Origin: the human T2T-CHM13v2.0 reference genome, Homo sapiens
Direction: 5' to 3' (one strand)
Assembly: GCF_009914755.1 (NCBI RefSeq)
Contig: NC_060930.1
Length of the DNA stretch: 64,000 nucleotides
Each line of letters opens with the position of its first letter. Positions within the stretch are counted from its first letter, which is position 1. Shown piece after piece: positions 28,605-46,672 of the stretch. The notes beneath the pieces were generated by a model, which was not told the DNA's origin, ran no database searches, and saw only the letters and a list, made by a program, of their open reading frames with translations. A program made the position numbers and the translations under genes.

Positions 28605-28770
28605 TTTTCTTTTTCTTTCTTTCTTTTTTTTTTTTTTTTTTTAAATTTTTTAATTTTCCTAAAAGTCTCACTATGTTGCCTAAGCCAGTCTTAAACACCT
28701 GGGCTCAAGTGATCCTCCTGCCTTGTAATCCCAAACTGCTGGGATTATAAGCACAAGCCACTGTGCCTGG
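28605..28770 (-). mobile_element. FLAM/AluJ left-monomer element
   Basis: T-rich tail then gtctcactatgttgcc...gggctcaagtgatcctcctgcc...gccactgtgcctgg. Confidence 0.85.
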
Positions 28771-29589
28771 TTTAGACTGCCATTTTAATCTTAGTGTTCT
28801 ACTCTTTCAAAGCTTTCAGTGGGTCTGTAGTATCTAACAAATAAAATCAGTTTTTCTTGAAATATAGCCCTAGATTTCCTTATTTTTCAGGATATCTTTA
28901 CCTGAATGTTGTGCTGAAGCAAATAGTTGTATTTTCAGTTATGAACTGCTCTTTGATGTTTCCATACCTTTGTTTAAGTGAGTCCTTCTGTTTGGAATTC
29001 TCTTTCCATCTCTCTGCTGAATTCCTATCTACACTTTAAGGCCCAGATTAAATATTTTTTGTTTGTGATTTCTTCCCTGATAATCCTGACAGAAAATGCT
29101 TTTTCTTTCTTTCACATTTATTAGTACTTTAGTTATGAAATTTTATGGTATTTATCACATAATGCTTTGTATTAGAAATGTGTGCATATCTCAGCTCCCC
29201 TGAATTTGAAACTCGTTAAGCACAAAGGTAATATTTATACAGGTTTCTATTTGCCATAGCATCTAACTTATAATAAAAATACCAACTGCTCAATATACAA
29301 TTATATGGATTATATATATAATTCATTCCATAAATAATGAGGATGGAGTAAATAAGTTATATATATATATAAAATTTAAAAAATATTAGGGTGCTAGAAT
29401 AAACTATATTATCTAAACTTTGGTTTCTTTTAGACTCTTTCCTGTTTGCAAAGAACTAGACATTTTGTCATTGAAAAATCATGTAAGGTGACAGGGCAAG
29501 TTCCTTCAATGCTAACCTTACCGGTGGATACTGCCACATTAAGTGAAGGTCTTGGCCAAGGAAGGTTAGACATTAGATAGGTTAGACTT

Positions 29590-29840
29590 ATGATAGGAAT
29601 AGCTACCATTTATTTAATTCTATGTTTCAAGCACTGTGCTTGCCACTTTATATACACGATTTCATTTGATCTTTTCAACAAATTGTAAATTAGAAATTTC
29701 CCTTACTTTACAAATTATAAAGCAGAGACTTGGTGACATTATGTGTTCCATAGATACAGAGCTAGACTTTGGCGGATCTGAGATTTGAAGACCAATTTCT
29801 TTAATTTCAACCCAGGAGTACTCTCTGTTATGCTAAGCTT
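29590..29840 (-). mobile_element. MIR
   Basis: atagctaccatttatt...caagcactgtgct...ttcatttgatc...gagatttgaa pattern. Confidence 0.65.
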
Positions 29841-30679
29841 TCTTTCTAGATACAGACTGGTTATATACGTTGTAGAGAAATGTATTCATATTCCACATAC
29901 ACACTAATGCTTTTTCAAAGAGAAAAATTAGACGGGAATTAGTCATTAGTATGTAAGCTAATTAACATCTCTATGGGTTATAAAAGATTCTAGTAGGAAT
30001 AAGCATTGAAGAATTTCCAATTTTAATTAAGTACTCTATCTTTAGTTTTCTATTTTTAAATATTTATTATTCTCTTGCTTTTGTAAAGAAAGGAATTGAA
30101 AAGCTGGAAGATTATGGGCATAAAACTCTAACCTGTTGTCACATATTTCTAATATCCTTAGAATACTAGAGCTGGCTAGAGAGGTTAAAGTTTAACCCTC
30201 TTAAGTTATTAAGGTCTGGATAGATAAAATTATTTCCTTAAAGTTATATGGCTATTAAGTGGCAGATTTAATACTAGAACTCAGGTTACTTAGGTCCTAA
30301 GCAGTGCAGTGCTGTTTACAGTGTATATCAACCCTTACATTTTATTCTTTTTCTTCTCTTTCCTTATTCTCAAATGCTGTATCACATGTCCAAGATATTT
30401 GAAAAGACTGGGAAAAGAGAGAGGAAACAAATACCATTTTTTTCCAAAAGGTGTATGTATCTCAGATTGCCTAGGAAAGAAGAGATAAGGTTAGAAAAAT
30501 TGACTGTATTCTGTACTAAAGTAGGAAAACTTATTTTGTTAGTTTTGATAGTTAGTCCCTCCAGCTGCCCCTGTACTCTGAAATCTTCTAAATTTGTCCT
30601 ATTAAAATTACTGGTTCTGCCCAAATTTTGTTTATATCCCCAGATTACCCAAACAGATATAGACTAATCATTTTTCTAA

Positions 30680-32060
30680 TTATTAAACAAATATTTATTG
30701 TGTGTCTACTATGTATTAGGAAGTGTATTAGATATTAGAGACATATAGATGAAAATGCATGGTACTAGTTTAAGAAAAGGAGCATCTTAATTTGTCTAGA
30801 GGAACTGGGTAGACTTAACCAGGAAGCAACACTGAATTTAGACTTAAAATATTAGTAGAGGATTGCTTATTGAATGAAAGGGGAGGAGGTTTTAAGCAGA
30901 GGAAATCTCATACTGAGATTTGGAAAATACTGAGGTGGGGCCTGGGGGTACACTGTGGTACACTGTGGGCAGCGTACATAGTTTGTGAGGCAGGAACATG
31001 CATTCCATTCTGAAATAGATGCATTTCATAAGAAGTATTTATAACATACCTGGCCCTGTGTGTTACGTTAGAGGTATTGTGGTAAACAAGATAAAAACTA
31101 ATCCTTGCCCCGATATCCCGGTTTTACAGACTGCACGATAATTCAAATAAGGAAAAGTCCATTATTATATTGTGTGGTGATCCTTCGAATTAAAAAAAAA
31201 AAGTACAAAGTGTTATTGGAGCACATAGGGAGGGTATTGACTTACATTTGGTAGGTCACAGAAGGCTTCCCAGAGGAAACGATCACTAAAATGACATCTG
31301 AAAGATGAGAAGGACTAGTCAGGCAAAAAGGATGACATTCAAATGGAGTGGCCCAGGTAGCGAGGCAGCATGTACAAAGGTTCAAAGGTAAGAGAGAATA
31401 TGAACTTAAGAATATACTGTAATGTATTGAGTGGCCATGGTATGGTAAGGGATGGAACTGGAGAGGTAAACAGAGGTCATACCATGATGGAACTTGTAGG
31501 TCATATTACTGAATTTGCAATTTATCCTAAAAATAATGGTGTGGCATTTAAAAGTTTTAAACAGAAGCATACATTACCCTGTTCGGTTTGTATTCTAGAA
31601 CTCTTAACTCTAGCTACAATAAGAAATGGGTTAAAATAGGAGCAAGACTGGAGTCAAGGAGACCCGAAAAGGAATCTTTGTGTCTTGAACCAGGGAAGAG
31701 GCCCTAGAGATGGAGAGAAGTAAATTAGATAATAGGATGTAACTTAAATTTACATGGTGATTTTACCTGTTGGAGGAGAGACTAGTTAAGAATGAGCTCC
31801 GGGTTTCTAGCTGGTGCCACCGAATAGACGTGATAAGGAATGGTGAGAGACACTGCAACAGGGAATTCCAGAGAAGCAGATTAGAGAATATAATTAATTC
31901 AGTTTGGGGCACATTTACTTTGAGGCTTTTGTGTAGATAAGTGGAGATGTGGCCACTGGAATTATGTGTCTGAATCTCACCAGAGGGATGTAGGCTGGGT
32001 ATGATTTGGAACTAATCAATATATAGTTGGAATAGATGAGATTACCTCATAGTGTGTAGA
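30680..32060 (-). mobile_element. L2 fragments
   Basis: aacaaatatttattg..tctactatgt 3' end and gaaggcttcccagagga / ttcagtttggggcacat motifs. Confidence 0.75.
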
Positions 32061-32364
32061 ATTTGAAAAGTTTGTAAACTTGAAAATACATACAAAAGTT
32101 TTGAAAAGACTTCAAAATGGTACTGTTTTTGTTTTCAAAAGTCAGTTGTATGTTGAGTCCCTAATCATCAAAGACATATAAATATGCCATACAGTGTTCT
32201 CATTTGTCATTTACGTGATTACTAATTAGCAATGCAGATGTTTGTTTATATTATACATTTATACTCAACGCATTTGAATGATAGTAGTTATTTTCATTGT
32301 CAGCAAATAAATGTTTTATAATTGATATCATTCCTAGGTAATGTGCCTTTTTCTTTTATCACAG

Positions 32365-32448
32365 CTTTTGATTGGCTTTGAATCTGGAACAGTAGTTTTA
32401 TGGGACCTCAAATCAAAGAAAGCCGACTACAGATACACATATGATGAG
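32365..32448 (+). CDS. STXBP5: STXBP5 coding exon (likely exon 7), 84 nt: LLIGFESGTVVLWDLKSKKADYRYTYDE
   Basis: ttttatcacag|CTT acceptor, GAG|gtaata donor; WD40 VVLWD motif; phase 0 to 0. Confidence 0.97.
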
Positions 32449-33999
32449 GTAATATTATTTTTGCTAGTAAAAGCTATGGTCATTTCTCTCATATAAAGCA
32501 GTTTCTCTAAAAACTTAATTGGTAATTTTACTTTAGGCAAACTTTGTAATTGCAGTAATACACAATTTATTTTTTACAATAGATAATATGTTCACACAAT
32601 TCAAAAGATAACAAAAATCTTCTTCCCACCTGCCATTTGGTTATCTAGTTTCCTTACAGGTAGCATGTTACCAGTTTCTCTCATGTTCTTCCAAAGAGAC
32701 ACTGTGCATTTACAAGCAAATTCATAAATATATCTTATTTTTTCTTTTGTACGAATGATAGTATACTATAGACATTTATAATCCACTTTAAGAACCAGTA
32801 AGAATTAATTGTGATTGACAGATAAGTCTTTTCTCTCCTTTTGCTCCTCACTTCCCTTCCTTACCTTACCTCTCCTTTTTTGGCATTTATTTGTTGAAGA
32901 TAGAGTCTTCCAGATGCTGGCTTTTTCTGGCTGCATCCCCATTGTCTTTAACATGTTTTTTTGTTTTTTGTTTTTTGTTTTTGCCCTCAGATTTCCTATA
33001 AATTGGATAATTTACTGAGGCTTGATCAAATGCCGGTTTATTTTTCATTTTGGCAAGACTACTTCATAGATGATACTGATACTCATTTAGCTGGTGGAAC
33101 CTTAGTGTCTATTTCAGATGTTGGAAGCCAGTGGTGGTTGAGGCCGAGATCTGTTACTGTATAGTAGTTGCAAAATAGGAGACATTCTAATTCTGTCTTT
33201 CCTTCTCTACTTATTATGTAGGTCACTTCAGTAAAGAGAACCTTCCTCTTATCTGCTATTTGTTTATATAATAGGACAGTTCATATAGCAAAGGCAGGAT
33301 AAATATGTGGTTCTTTTCCTTTATTTTAGTATTCATCTTAAGGGGTTGTTCTCTAATGGTTTCCATGATGACCAATTTATTCTGACTTTTAGTTTCACTG
33401 TGTGCTCAACAACTTAAACATATTTGATATACTTCAATCCACTGAAGTTATTGTTGCTTTTCACATTATCCCAACTTTGGTCAGTGTACCTCCTCCCTAC
33501 TAATCTGTATATTTCTGAATCAAATTTAGAATAAGGTATTTTTCTATGGAACTATGACTTCTTTCAGTGCCATGTCTGGTGGCCATAATTTAGACATCAG
33601 GAGTGTTCATGGTTTCCAATTCAGTGAGTAGAGCTATATCTAGGAAATGTGTAAGTGGTTGTTTAAGATAAAATACATCATAATCTTAGTCATAATCATA
33701 TTGGTATGTTCAGTTACTGAGACATCAGAACCTATTGAGTAATTATAGCAACATTTGAATACTTTGCACATGTTTGTACATTATCTTTTTAGGCATGACT
33801 GAAAGGGAATTCCCTTTGTTTTTATGACTGTATACTTTTTGCTGCTCACTAGTCAGGATCTTCAAATTAAACAAGCATGTTTTGAATAAATACAGTTCCT
33901 ATCATTTCTGTGTAGTTGTGATCTGTAGTTGTGGTCTGCAGATGAAAGCAGATTTTAAAAATTGAACATTTTGGTTTTGCTTATTATTTTAAATAGTGA

Positions 34000-37620
<3,621 letters not shown>

Positions 37621-38352
37621 TCATAAAACTTATTCTTAACACACGTTAATATTCAAAATGAAAATCATGTGTTCTAAATGACGGTGTTAAGTTAGGTATA
37701 AATTCTAACTTCTAAATTAACTTGTAATGTAAACTGAGTAAAAATTTCTGGCTTTGTTTCCATGAGTTTGTGCTATTCTGTCATAGAATTTGATTCTCAG
37801 TGCCATTTTTGCCAGGTGTACAATTTCAGATATTCAAGAAATTATTATAGGCATAATTCTTCCTCACTAGTGAGGGTTAAAAATTTAAGATTTTGACAAA
37901 ATACTACCTTTCCCCTCCCCTAATATTTATGTTCTATTCAGTGGTATATTACTGTATTCAAATTCATTTTTATTACACAGGCACAAATGTATTAAATGAC
38001 ATAACAATTTAGAACATTTCTAATATAATTCAAGTTCTACTCAGTACAGCTTTAATTATTTATTTAATCTCTTGAGGGTGATTCAGATGGGTAGGAGTAA
38101 TGGGAACAGAAATGTATCTTTGCACCCTTGAGCTTTTGTTGCTTTGTAACCATAGTTATTATTTTTTTAATTGACAAACTCTACTCTACTCTCCCCTGGT
38201 TGTGTCTCAATGATAGATTTTGTGTGCTTGGATAGCATTCTTAATATTTTACAGATATTTTCTACAGATGATACTTCATCTATATAAAATTTTATCTCTT
38301 TAATGGACATTCCATTTTTTTTAGGCTATGATGTATTAAAATATCAAGTATT

Positions 38353-38471
38353 GGCCAGGTGCAAAGGCACATGTCTGTAATCCCAGCTCTTTGAGAGGCA
38401 GGAGCAGAAGGATCAGTTGAGGCCAGGAGATTGAGATCGGCATGGGCAACATAGCAAGACCCTGCCTCTAA

Positions 38472-38503
<32 letters not shown>

Positions 38504-38668
38504 TTAGCTAGGCCTGGTAGTGGTAGCATGTACCTGTAGTCCTAGCTACTTAAGAGGCTGAAGTGGGAGGATGGGTTAAGCCCTGGAGTTCAAGGCAGCA
38601 GTGAGCTATGATCACAACACTGCATTCCAGCCCTGGTGACAGAGCAAGACCCTGTTTCTAAAAATAAA
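38353..38668 (+). mobile_element. AluJ with an expanded middle A-tract (about 25 A)
   Basis: Diverged dimeric Alu with AluJ-type ggcagcagtgagctatgatc. Confidence 0.9.
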
Positions 38669-38965
38669 GTATCAATATTCCTTTTGTAGTAATCAGTGTG
38701 GCAGGAAAGAAGTGCAGTATTACTGATATTTTAAGACAATAATACTTATGAATTTCTTTATTTTATGATTATTCTTTGTCATATGTCTAGGGTCATCTGT
38801 CAGTGACTTTTGTATTTTGGTTTCATGTTGGTTTTTCCTGGTAGATTGAGAAGCATCAGAAATATTGGTAGTAAAATATGACAAAACAATAATTTGTGCT
38901 TTGCTAGCTCTCTGGGCACATTTAAGTCTCAAGACCATCAGAAGCCTTTTAAAAAAAACGTTGAT

Positions 38966-39296
<331 letters not shown>

Positions 39297-40813
39297 TCAT
39301 AACAGCTTTAAATGAATTTTTTTTTGCACTGTGTATATTCATGGAAGCATTTATTCTCCCTTAAGGGTTTTTTCTCCCATATTTAGACTGGTGCTTTTAA
39401 GTCAGCTTATTTTCTGCTTATTTTTACAAACATACACATGCACACACACAAATACACTTTCCCAAAGGTAAAACAGTCCTTAAAACAATGAATAATTTGG
39501 TCACATTTTCAAAATAATGGAAGAAAGTTCCACTTGGATTATGCATTCATTCATTCATTCATTCATTCTTCTTTAGAGGCAGTCTTACTCTGTTGCCCAG
39601 GCTGGAGTGCAATGGGGTTGGGGGAGGTTATTTTTAATGGAAAGGGCAGTGGTTTCAGTTTATAACTATTTATAATCTTTAGAGAGAAAGGAAAAAAAGC
39701 TATAAATCATTTAATGTCCAATGTATAATAACTTTTATCAACTACCTTACAAAATGTATTTTTAAATAATTGTCTCATTTAATTATATAGTATTATGGTT
39801 GTCTCCCTTCTATGGTGTAACTATATTGAAAAGTTCACAAGTTTAAAATACTAGGACAAAAGCTGTACAATTTAATGTATTATTTATATGTGTAAGAAAT
39901 CATATGTGCTATAAGCATGTACTTTATTTGATTATATAAGAATAATAAAACTACAGAGTATTTTCAATATTTTCATGTATTTGCAAATGTTGTAATTTTA
40001 AATGAAAGTCTACATTACACATTTTCTTTTGTCATTTTTTGGCATTTTTCTGAGGGCTTTGACAATAATAGATAGTTACATTGGGAATCAATGCAGCTTT
40101 TGAATAGAATGTTAAAATAACATCTATGAGAAAAGAAATTATTTTAAAATAATTAAAATTAAGAATATTAATTAGTATATGTGTAATGTAAGAGCAGCTG
40201 GATTAGGATTTATTAATATATACATTTACTGTGAAATGATTCTAATAATACTGATGAGTTTGCAAAACCAGTATGTAGAGAATTTATTCAGTTTCCATAC
40301 AATTTTGAGTTAGTGAATGTAAAATTTGATAGGTAAGCAGTTAGCCTGTTTTGTCTTCCTAGAAAATTATTCTACAAGATGCTGTCTTGTCTAATAAGAA
40401 TAGCAGAAGGATCATAGGTACTACTTTTGCCAAACCCTAATAATTAAATATTACTCCTTTTGAAAAATGTGTCACAGTAGGCAGTGCTTTTTGTTTTTTC
40501 TTTAATTTTATCATAAATGAAAATACTGATGTCAGACTCTTAATTACCTTCATGAACCTTCTCATAGTTACGATTTTTGTCAGATACTACATCTTTTAAA
40601 GAGCTTTTAGAATTGCATGCACTGTTGCTTTGTGGATTATGGGAACAGCTATATCATCTGCGTTCATTCTGTCTTCACTTTTTTTTCTCTACCCTGGATT
40701 CATCTTGTCCTCCATGGCTTTTGTATGTCTTTTATTTATTGTGTTCTATTTTCCATTCATCTGTCCTTTATTCCTCTTTCTAACATGATCCTGTTATTCA
40801 TATATATGTATAA

Positions 40814-41148
<335 letters not shown>

Positions 41149-42077
41149 ATAAACAAGTAAATATTCTTAATCACCTGGAAATTTTATATCTTCTCCTTGG
41201 AAAAACAGATAAGCCAATTCACACACAAAATTTATCAACCCCAATTTATGTTTCCTACATTATATCTCATATCTTCTCCCATGAATTATTCAGATTTGCT
41301 CCTAACCCACCTTGCTTCTGATTTTGAGCATGTGTCAGATTTGCTGGTGAGTTTTGATTTTCTCACTTTGTTTACGTAAATTTCTCTGTCATTTTCTCAA
41401 GAATACTAAAGAAAAAGTATAAATTGTATGTTTTATGCATGGTAGATACTGTATACATATTTTTAAATACTTGTAATACTATGCACTACATATATACTTA
41501 GTATTAGAAAACACGTCTTGTATTAAGTTGGATTTGCATATAGAAAATTGTATAAGTAAATACTGCATGTTTGTTGCATGTCCATATTTGGTTATTTCTT
41601 TGCTTTTTTGTGGGGTGTTTTCTGTTATTTGTTTCTGTTGTCCAAAATAATTGTGAACCACTGGTTCCAGTAATTAGGTAGTATTTGTTTTTGGAATGCC
41701 TAATAATTTAATAATATTTTATAAATAGGAGTCACTTTTAAACAAAGATACACATTGTTTTCTTTAGCAAAGTAGAAGTATTTCTCTACATATGATACAT
41801 ATTTATATACATGATATACATTTATACATGATACTATTAAGATGTTTTTATCTATAGGTTCCAGATAGCACTATAGACCTCTTTTGTATTTTCCCTTATG
41901 AATTTTTTAAAAAACATTTAAATAGCTTTTTAGCACTGCTCATGTTTTTGCAGAAATAAGTTTACTTGTAAAGGCTACTAAGGGATTGCTTATTTTAAAA
42001 TTGAGTTTTCAAAATGTCATATGTATATGTCAGTTTATTATTGCTTTAAGATTTTATTTAGAATTTTGTAAGAGATG

Positions 42078-42372
42078 CAGATGGTCCCTGACTTACAATA
42101 TTTCTTCAACTTATGATTTTTTTGACTTTACAATTGGTTTACCAAGACGTAATAAGTAAAGGAGCTCCTTAGGAATTAGAATCGATTATGGTTTCTACTG
42201 AATGTATAGTGCTTTTGTACTATCTTAAAGCTGACAAATTGCATATTGAACCATCGTAAGTAAGGGATCATCTGCTGTGTTGGTAGCATTAAATGCATTT
42301 TTGACTTATGATATTTTTGACTTATGATGAGTTTATCAGGGTATGACTTCATCGTAAATTGAGGAGCATCTG
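42078..42372. mobile_element. MER47-family (Tigger5-derived) MITE composite
   Basis: TIR-like cagatggtccctgacttac at 42078, gtaagtaagggatcatctg ending 42274, gtaaattgaggagcatctg ending 42372. Confidence 0.75.
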
Positions 42373-43372
42373 TACTTTGAATAAAAAACATTGTATTAAA
42401 TATTGTCATTTAGAAGTATAGCTGATTATCTGTATCCATCTGATTTCATACCAAGATATTTTATAATATTTAGCTTAAATTTATAAGTATAGAAAGAACT
42501 CAAATAAATAGATGACATGATAGAAAATGTTGGCTTTATATGTGACAGAAGTTTTGAGTTTCAGTTATACGATTTTTGTGCTATACTCTGCAATTCTTGC
42601 ATTCCAGTAGGGTGGCTTTAAGTCAGTTGACCATTAAGAACTAAAATTGTATCAACTTGAGTTGAAAAGAAATAATTCAAAGGACGCATGGGAGAGTGAT
42701 TTAAAAAGTTTTTTTTACATACCAAAATTGAAATAATATTAAAGCAAAAAAATGAGGGGTATCATACTTTGGTGATATAAAAATATTTTCCAGATAGTTT
42801 TTAAGCGACCCAGAAGTACAAAATAAATTTCTTATCAGAACAGTGTCCCCTGAGATTAAAAATTGCCTCAGTAATTACTGTGAGAGATGAGGAACATGTC
42901 TTATAGCTCAACCTGAAACATTTGTATTGATCTTAATTCCAAATCTACATTTTGGCTCTTAGGATCATGGTCAATTAACACATTTTATTCTAATCTTGTC
43001 ATTGCAACTAGTTTTTCTATTGGGACACTGGTTGTAATAATTTGGTAATTTATGTTTAGGTATTGTTTATGCTAAAAATAATGTAAGAAAACATTTTGTT
43101 TCACTGAACTTGTCCGTAGATGTCACTATCATGCCTTCTTTATGCTGATTTAAGGAGTAAAGTAAGTACAGAGAATTAAAACAGTGTTAATATGAAGAAA
43201 TAAAATCTCATTTGTATTACAAGAGGGCCAAATTATTATGGAAATGTTAAGTTCACATGTTAACCTTAGGAAATAAAGAAAAGTTAAAAATGAAAATTAA
43301 TAGATGAGATCATTTACAAATAGTTTACTGTTTAAATAGATTTTTTAAATGGTATTTTTCATCCTTCTATAG

Positions 43373-43496
43373 GCTATCCACTCTGTTGCTTGGCATCATG
43401 AAGGAAAACAATTTATTTGCAGTCATTCAGATGGCACCTTGACTATATGGAATGTAAGGTCCCCTGCTAAACCAGTACAGACAATCACTCCACATG
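43373..43496 (+). CDS. STXBP5: STXBP5 coding exon (likely exon 8), 124 nt: AIHSVAWHHEGKQFICSHSDGTLTIWNVRSPAKPVQTITPH(G)
   Basis: ccttctatag|GCT acceptor, G|gtaaga donor; canonical WD40 repeat (SHSDGTLTIWN); phase 0 to 1. Confidence 0.97.
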
Positions 43497-43921
43497 GTAA
43501 GAATGCATCAATTTTAAATACCACCTAATTGTAACGTACAGTAAACTGTTTTGTTTGAGTTTGCATTCTGATTTGTTTGTTTGATTTTTAGGATAAGGAT
43601 GGGTTTCCTTCTGTTTTTAGGGAATTAAAAATATTTACACTTATAGAAATAGTATCTAACAACCAGTTAATAAAATTTCAAATTAAGCATATTTACAGTT
43701 GAAATTGCAAATTTGAAATTTTAGAAAATGTTATATTATTTTCTGAATATCATGTCTCTAATAGTCCAGAAAATAATAGTTTTGTGAATGAAAATGATGC
43801 AGGATTTACATTAAGCTTTTCCATCTCAAAGCTGTCAGTTGCAGGTTGTTAATATATAAATAACAGTGAACTTGAAATACTTGGAACCCTGTAGAAGGTA
43901 ATTTTATATATCAAAATATGG

Positions 43922-44470
43922 TGTCAGGAGTCCTCAGAATCACCCTAGATTTAATGATTCACTAGGAAGACTCACAGGACTCAGCATATAGTCATATTCA
44001 TTGCTGTGATTTATTACAACAAAAAGGCATAAAGCAGAATCTGCAAAGGGAAAAAACACATGAAGTTTAGAGGAAACCAGGCTCAAGCTTCTTGGAGTTA
44101 TTTTCTTATGGAGTCACACAGAATAGGCTTCATTCCACTAACAAGGAGTTGTTACCACATGTGTGAAATATGTCTACCAGAGAAGCTCACCTGAGCCTTG
44201 GAGTCCAGGGTTTTTATTGGGGTCAGTCATGCAGGCATCCTCTGCTTTAGCAGGTACCACAATTCGAGACTCCCAGAAGCAAGGCAGGGGTTCAGCATAA
44301 ACTATATTCTTTGTACAAACCAATTAGGCAGAGTAAATCATCCTCCTCAGGGAATAACGAGCGTTTTCTTGAAAACCAAGTTCCTAGACATCAGCCAAGG
44401 GCCAACCTTGTAAGCAGATCTTTGTAGTGATAGCAGCCACAGACCTGCTGTGTTAACTATTTTCTGCATA
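43922..44470 (-). mobile_element. MER21-family LTR
   Basis: gactcacaggactcagcatatagtc...cagccaagggccaaccttgtaagcag...cctgctgtgttaact. Confidence 0.85.
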
Positions 44471-46394
44471 AGTAGTACTTAACAAAACTTATAAGAAATT
44501 TTTATTATAATATTTATTAGAAACAGATTATGAAGGCCACCTTTTTTGTTTTAGAATTTGTATTTCTTTATTAATCTTCATTCTCCACCCTCACCCTACG
44601 AGAATCCTTCCTGGCAAGTTTAGGGAACTCATATTAAAGGAACTGTTCTATAAATTGATAGTATATTCAAGATTGTCCTTGTAGCTATTGCTAGTATTTC
44701 ATTGTTTGCTTTAAAATTTGAATACCTACTTTTTAAAAAAGCTGACATATTTTGACTTACTGCAATATAGAAATGAAAGAAACAGTAAAATTAAAAACAA
44801 GTTTTATCTATCTGTGGCATATGGGATTTTAGGCTTGCTTGTTTTCTGGGAAAAATAACAGTTCTTGAAACCACATATTGTGAAATACTTTACCACTGCT
44901 TTGTGACAGCAATCATCTTCTGGGAAAGCACTTACATGAAATTCCCTACACATCTATTTATGAGTGCATCTAGAGGATATTTCTTATGATAGTAGGTTCA
45001 AGTTTTTCTTAATGTATTTTGTTCCTTCCTTCTATTAGTATCTAGGTTCCTCATCTCGACACTCCTAAAAATTCCCATGAATCTTAGAATCTCCTAACCC
45101 TGCTGGAACCTACGAATTCAGATAAACAAAAAAGTACCAATAAGGTGTGGTTAGTTCAAAAATCTTTCATTTTAAACCCAGAAGAAAATGAAACTCATGT
45201 CAAAGATGATAGAAATATGTAATGCTAGTTTTGCAGCTTGAAGATTATCTGTTTTTATCTTGTTTTGTAAGAATAGTACAAAGGATCTTTTTTTCTTTTG
45301 ATCTGTTTGAGAGTAAGTTGTCAATGTGGTGCTGATTCACTTGCAAATATTCCATGGTCTTTTTTTTTTTTAATAAGGACATTTTTCTATATAACCAAGT
45401 TTTGCCTTTATTCAAAAGAGTTTTATGTGGATTAGATTTGGTTGTCATGTTTCTTCTCGAAACTGGAACAGTTCCTGAACATTTTGACTTTCATATATGA
45501 TAAATTACAAAGATTATAGGTCAGTTATTTTATAGAACGTGCCTCAGTATGGTTTTGTCTCATGTTTATTCATGATGAGATTTAGGTTGCACGTTTTTGG
45601 CAGGAGTATCCCAAAAGGATTGAGGTGTTCTTTTTGCATCCTCTCAAGTGGAACTCGTTTTTGATTTGTCCCATATTAGTGGTATCTCATATCCTGATCC
45701 TTTGGTTAAAGTTCTGTCTTCTGCTAGTTCTCTCCATTATTAAAAAGGTTTTCTTTTTACTTTTGAAATTGAGAAATAAATTTTGTATTTATAATTGTTA
45801 AGTATTTTGATTTGAAGGAAGTTCCACAAGACTCTATGAACATATTATACTTCATCAAACTTTTCCCCTTTAGTTTTAGCATCTGTTGATGTTTCTTAGC
45901 TGAATTCACTATTACTGTGATGGTTGCCAAATAATGATTGTCTAGCTGGTCTTAATCTTTTTTTATATTACAAGCTTAGGTCATTGAAAGCAGACTCTAG
46001 TAAGTGGTATAAATCAGTTTCTACAGTGTTTATATTGTCTTAGCAGAAAAGGGTCACTAGCTAAAATTATTTTTAAATAAAAAAGACAATATGTGACTTA
46101 ATGTTTTCTCAAAATTAGAATCCAAATGAAATATAAATGGATTTTTTTCTGTGGCTGGTGTTAAAAATTAGGATGGTATTTGTGTAGTGTTAGCAGTCTA
46201 ATAGTAGATGGCCAGAATTTTATATAAAGTAAGGCATATTTATTTTATTTTATATAAGCTATATGTAGAAAATCTGAATTCCTTTCAAGTGTAATAGGGT
46301 TTCCAGCTTTCTTTTTGGCAGTAAAAACTACCAAGTGACAGGTAACTAACCAAAGCTAAATTCATGTTGACTCTACAACTGAATTCATGGCAAA

Positions 46395-46672
<278 letters not shown>

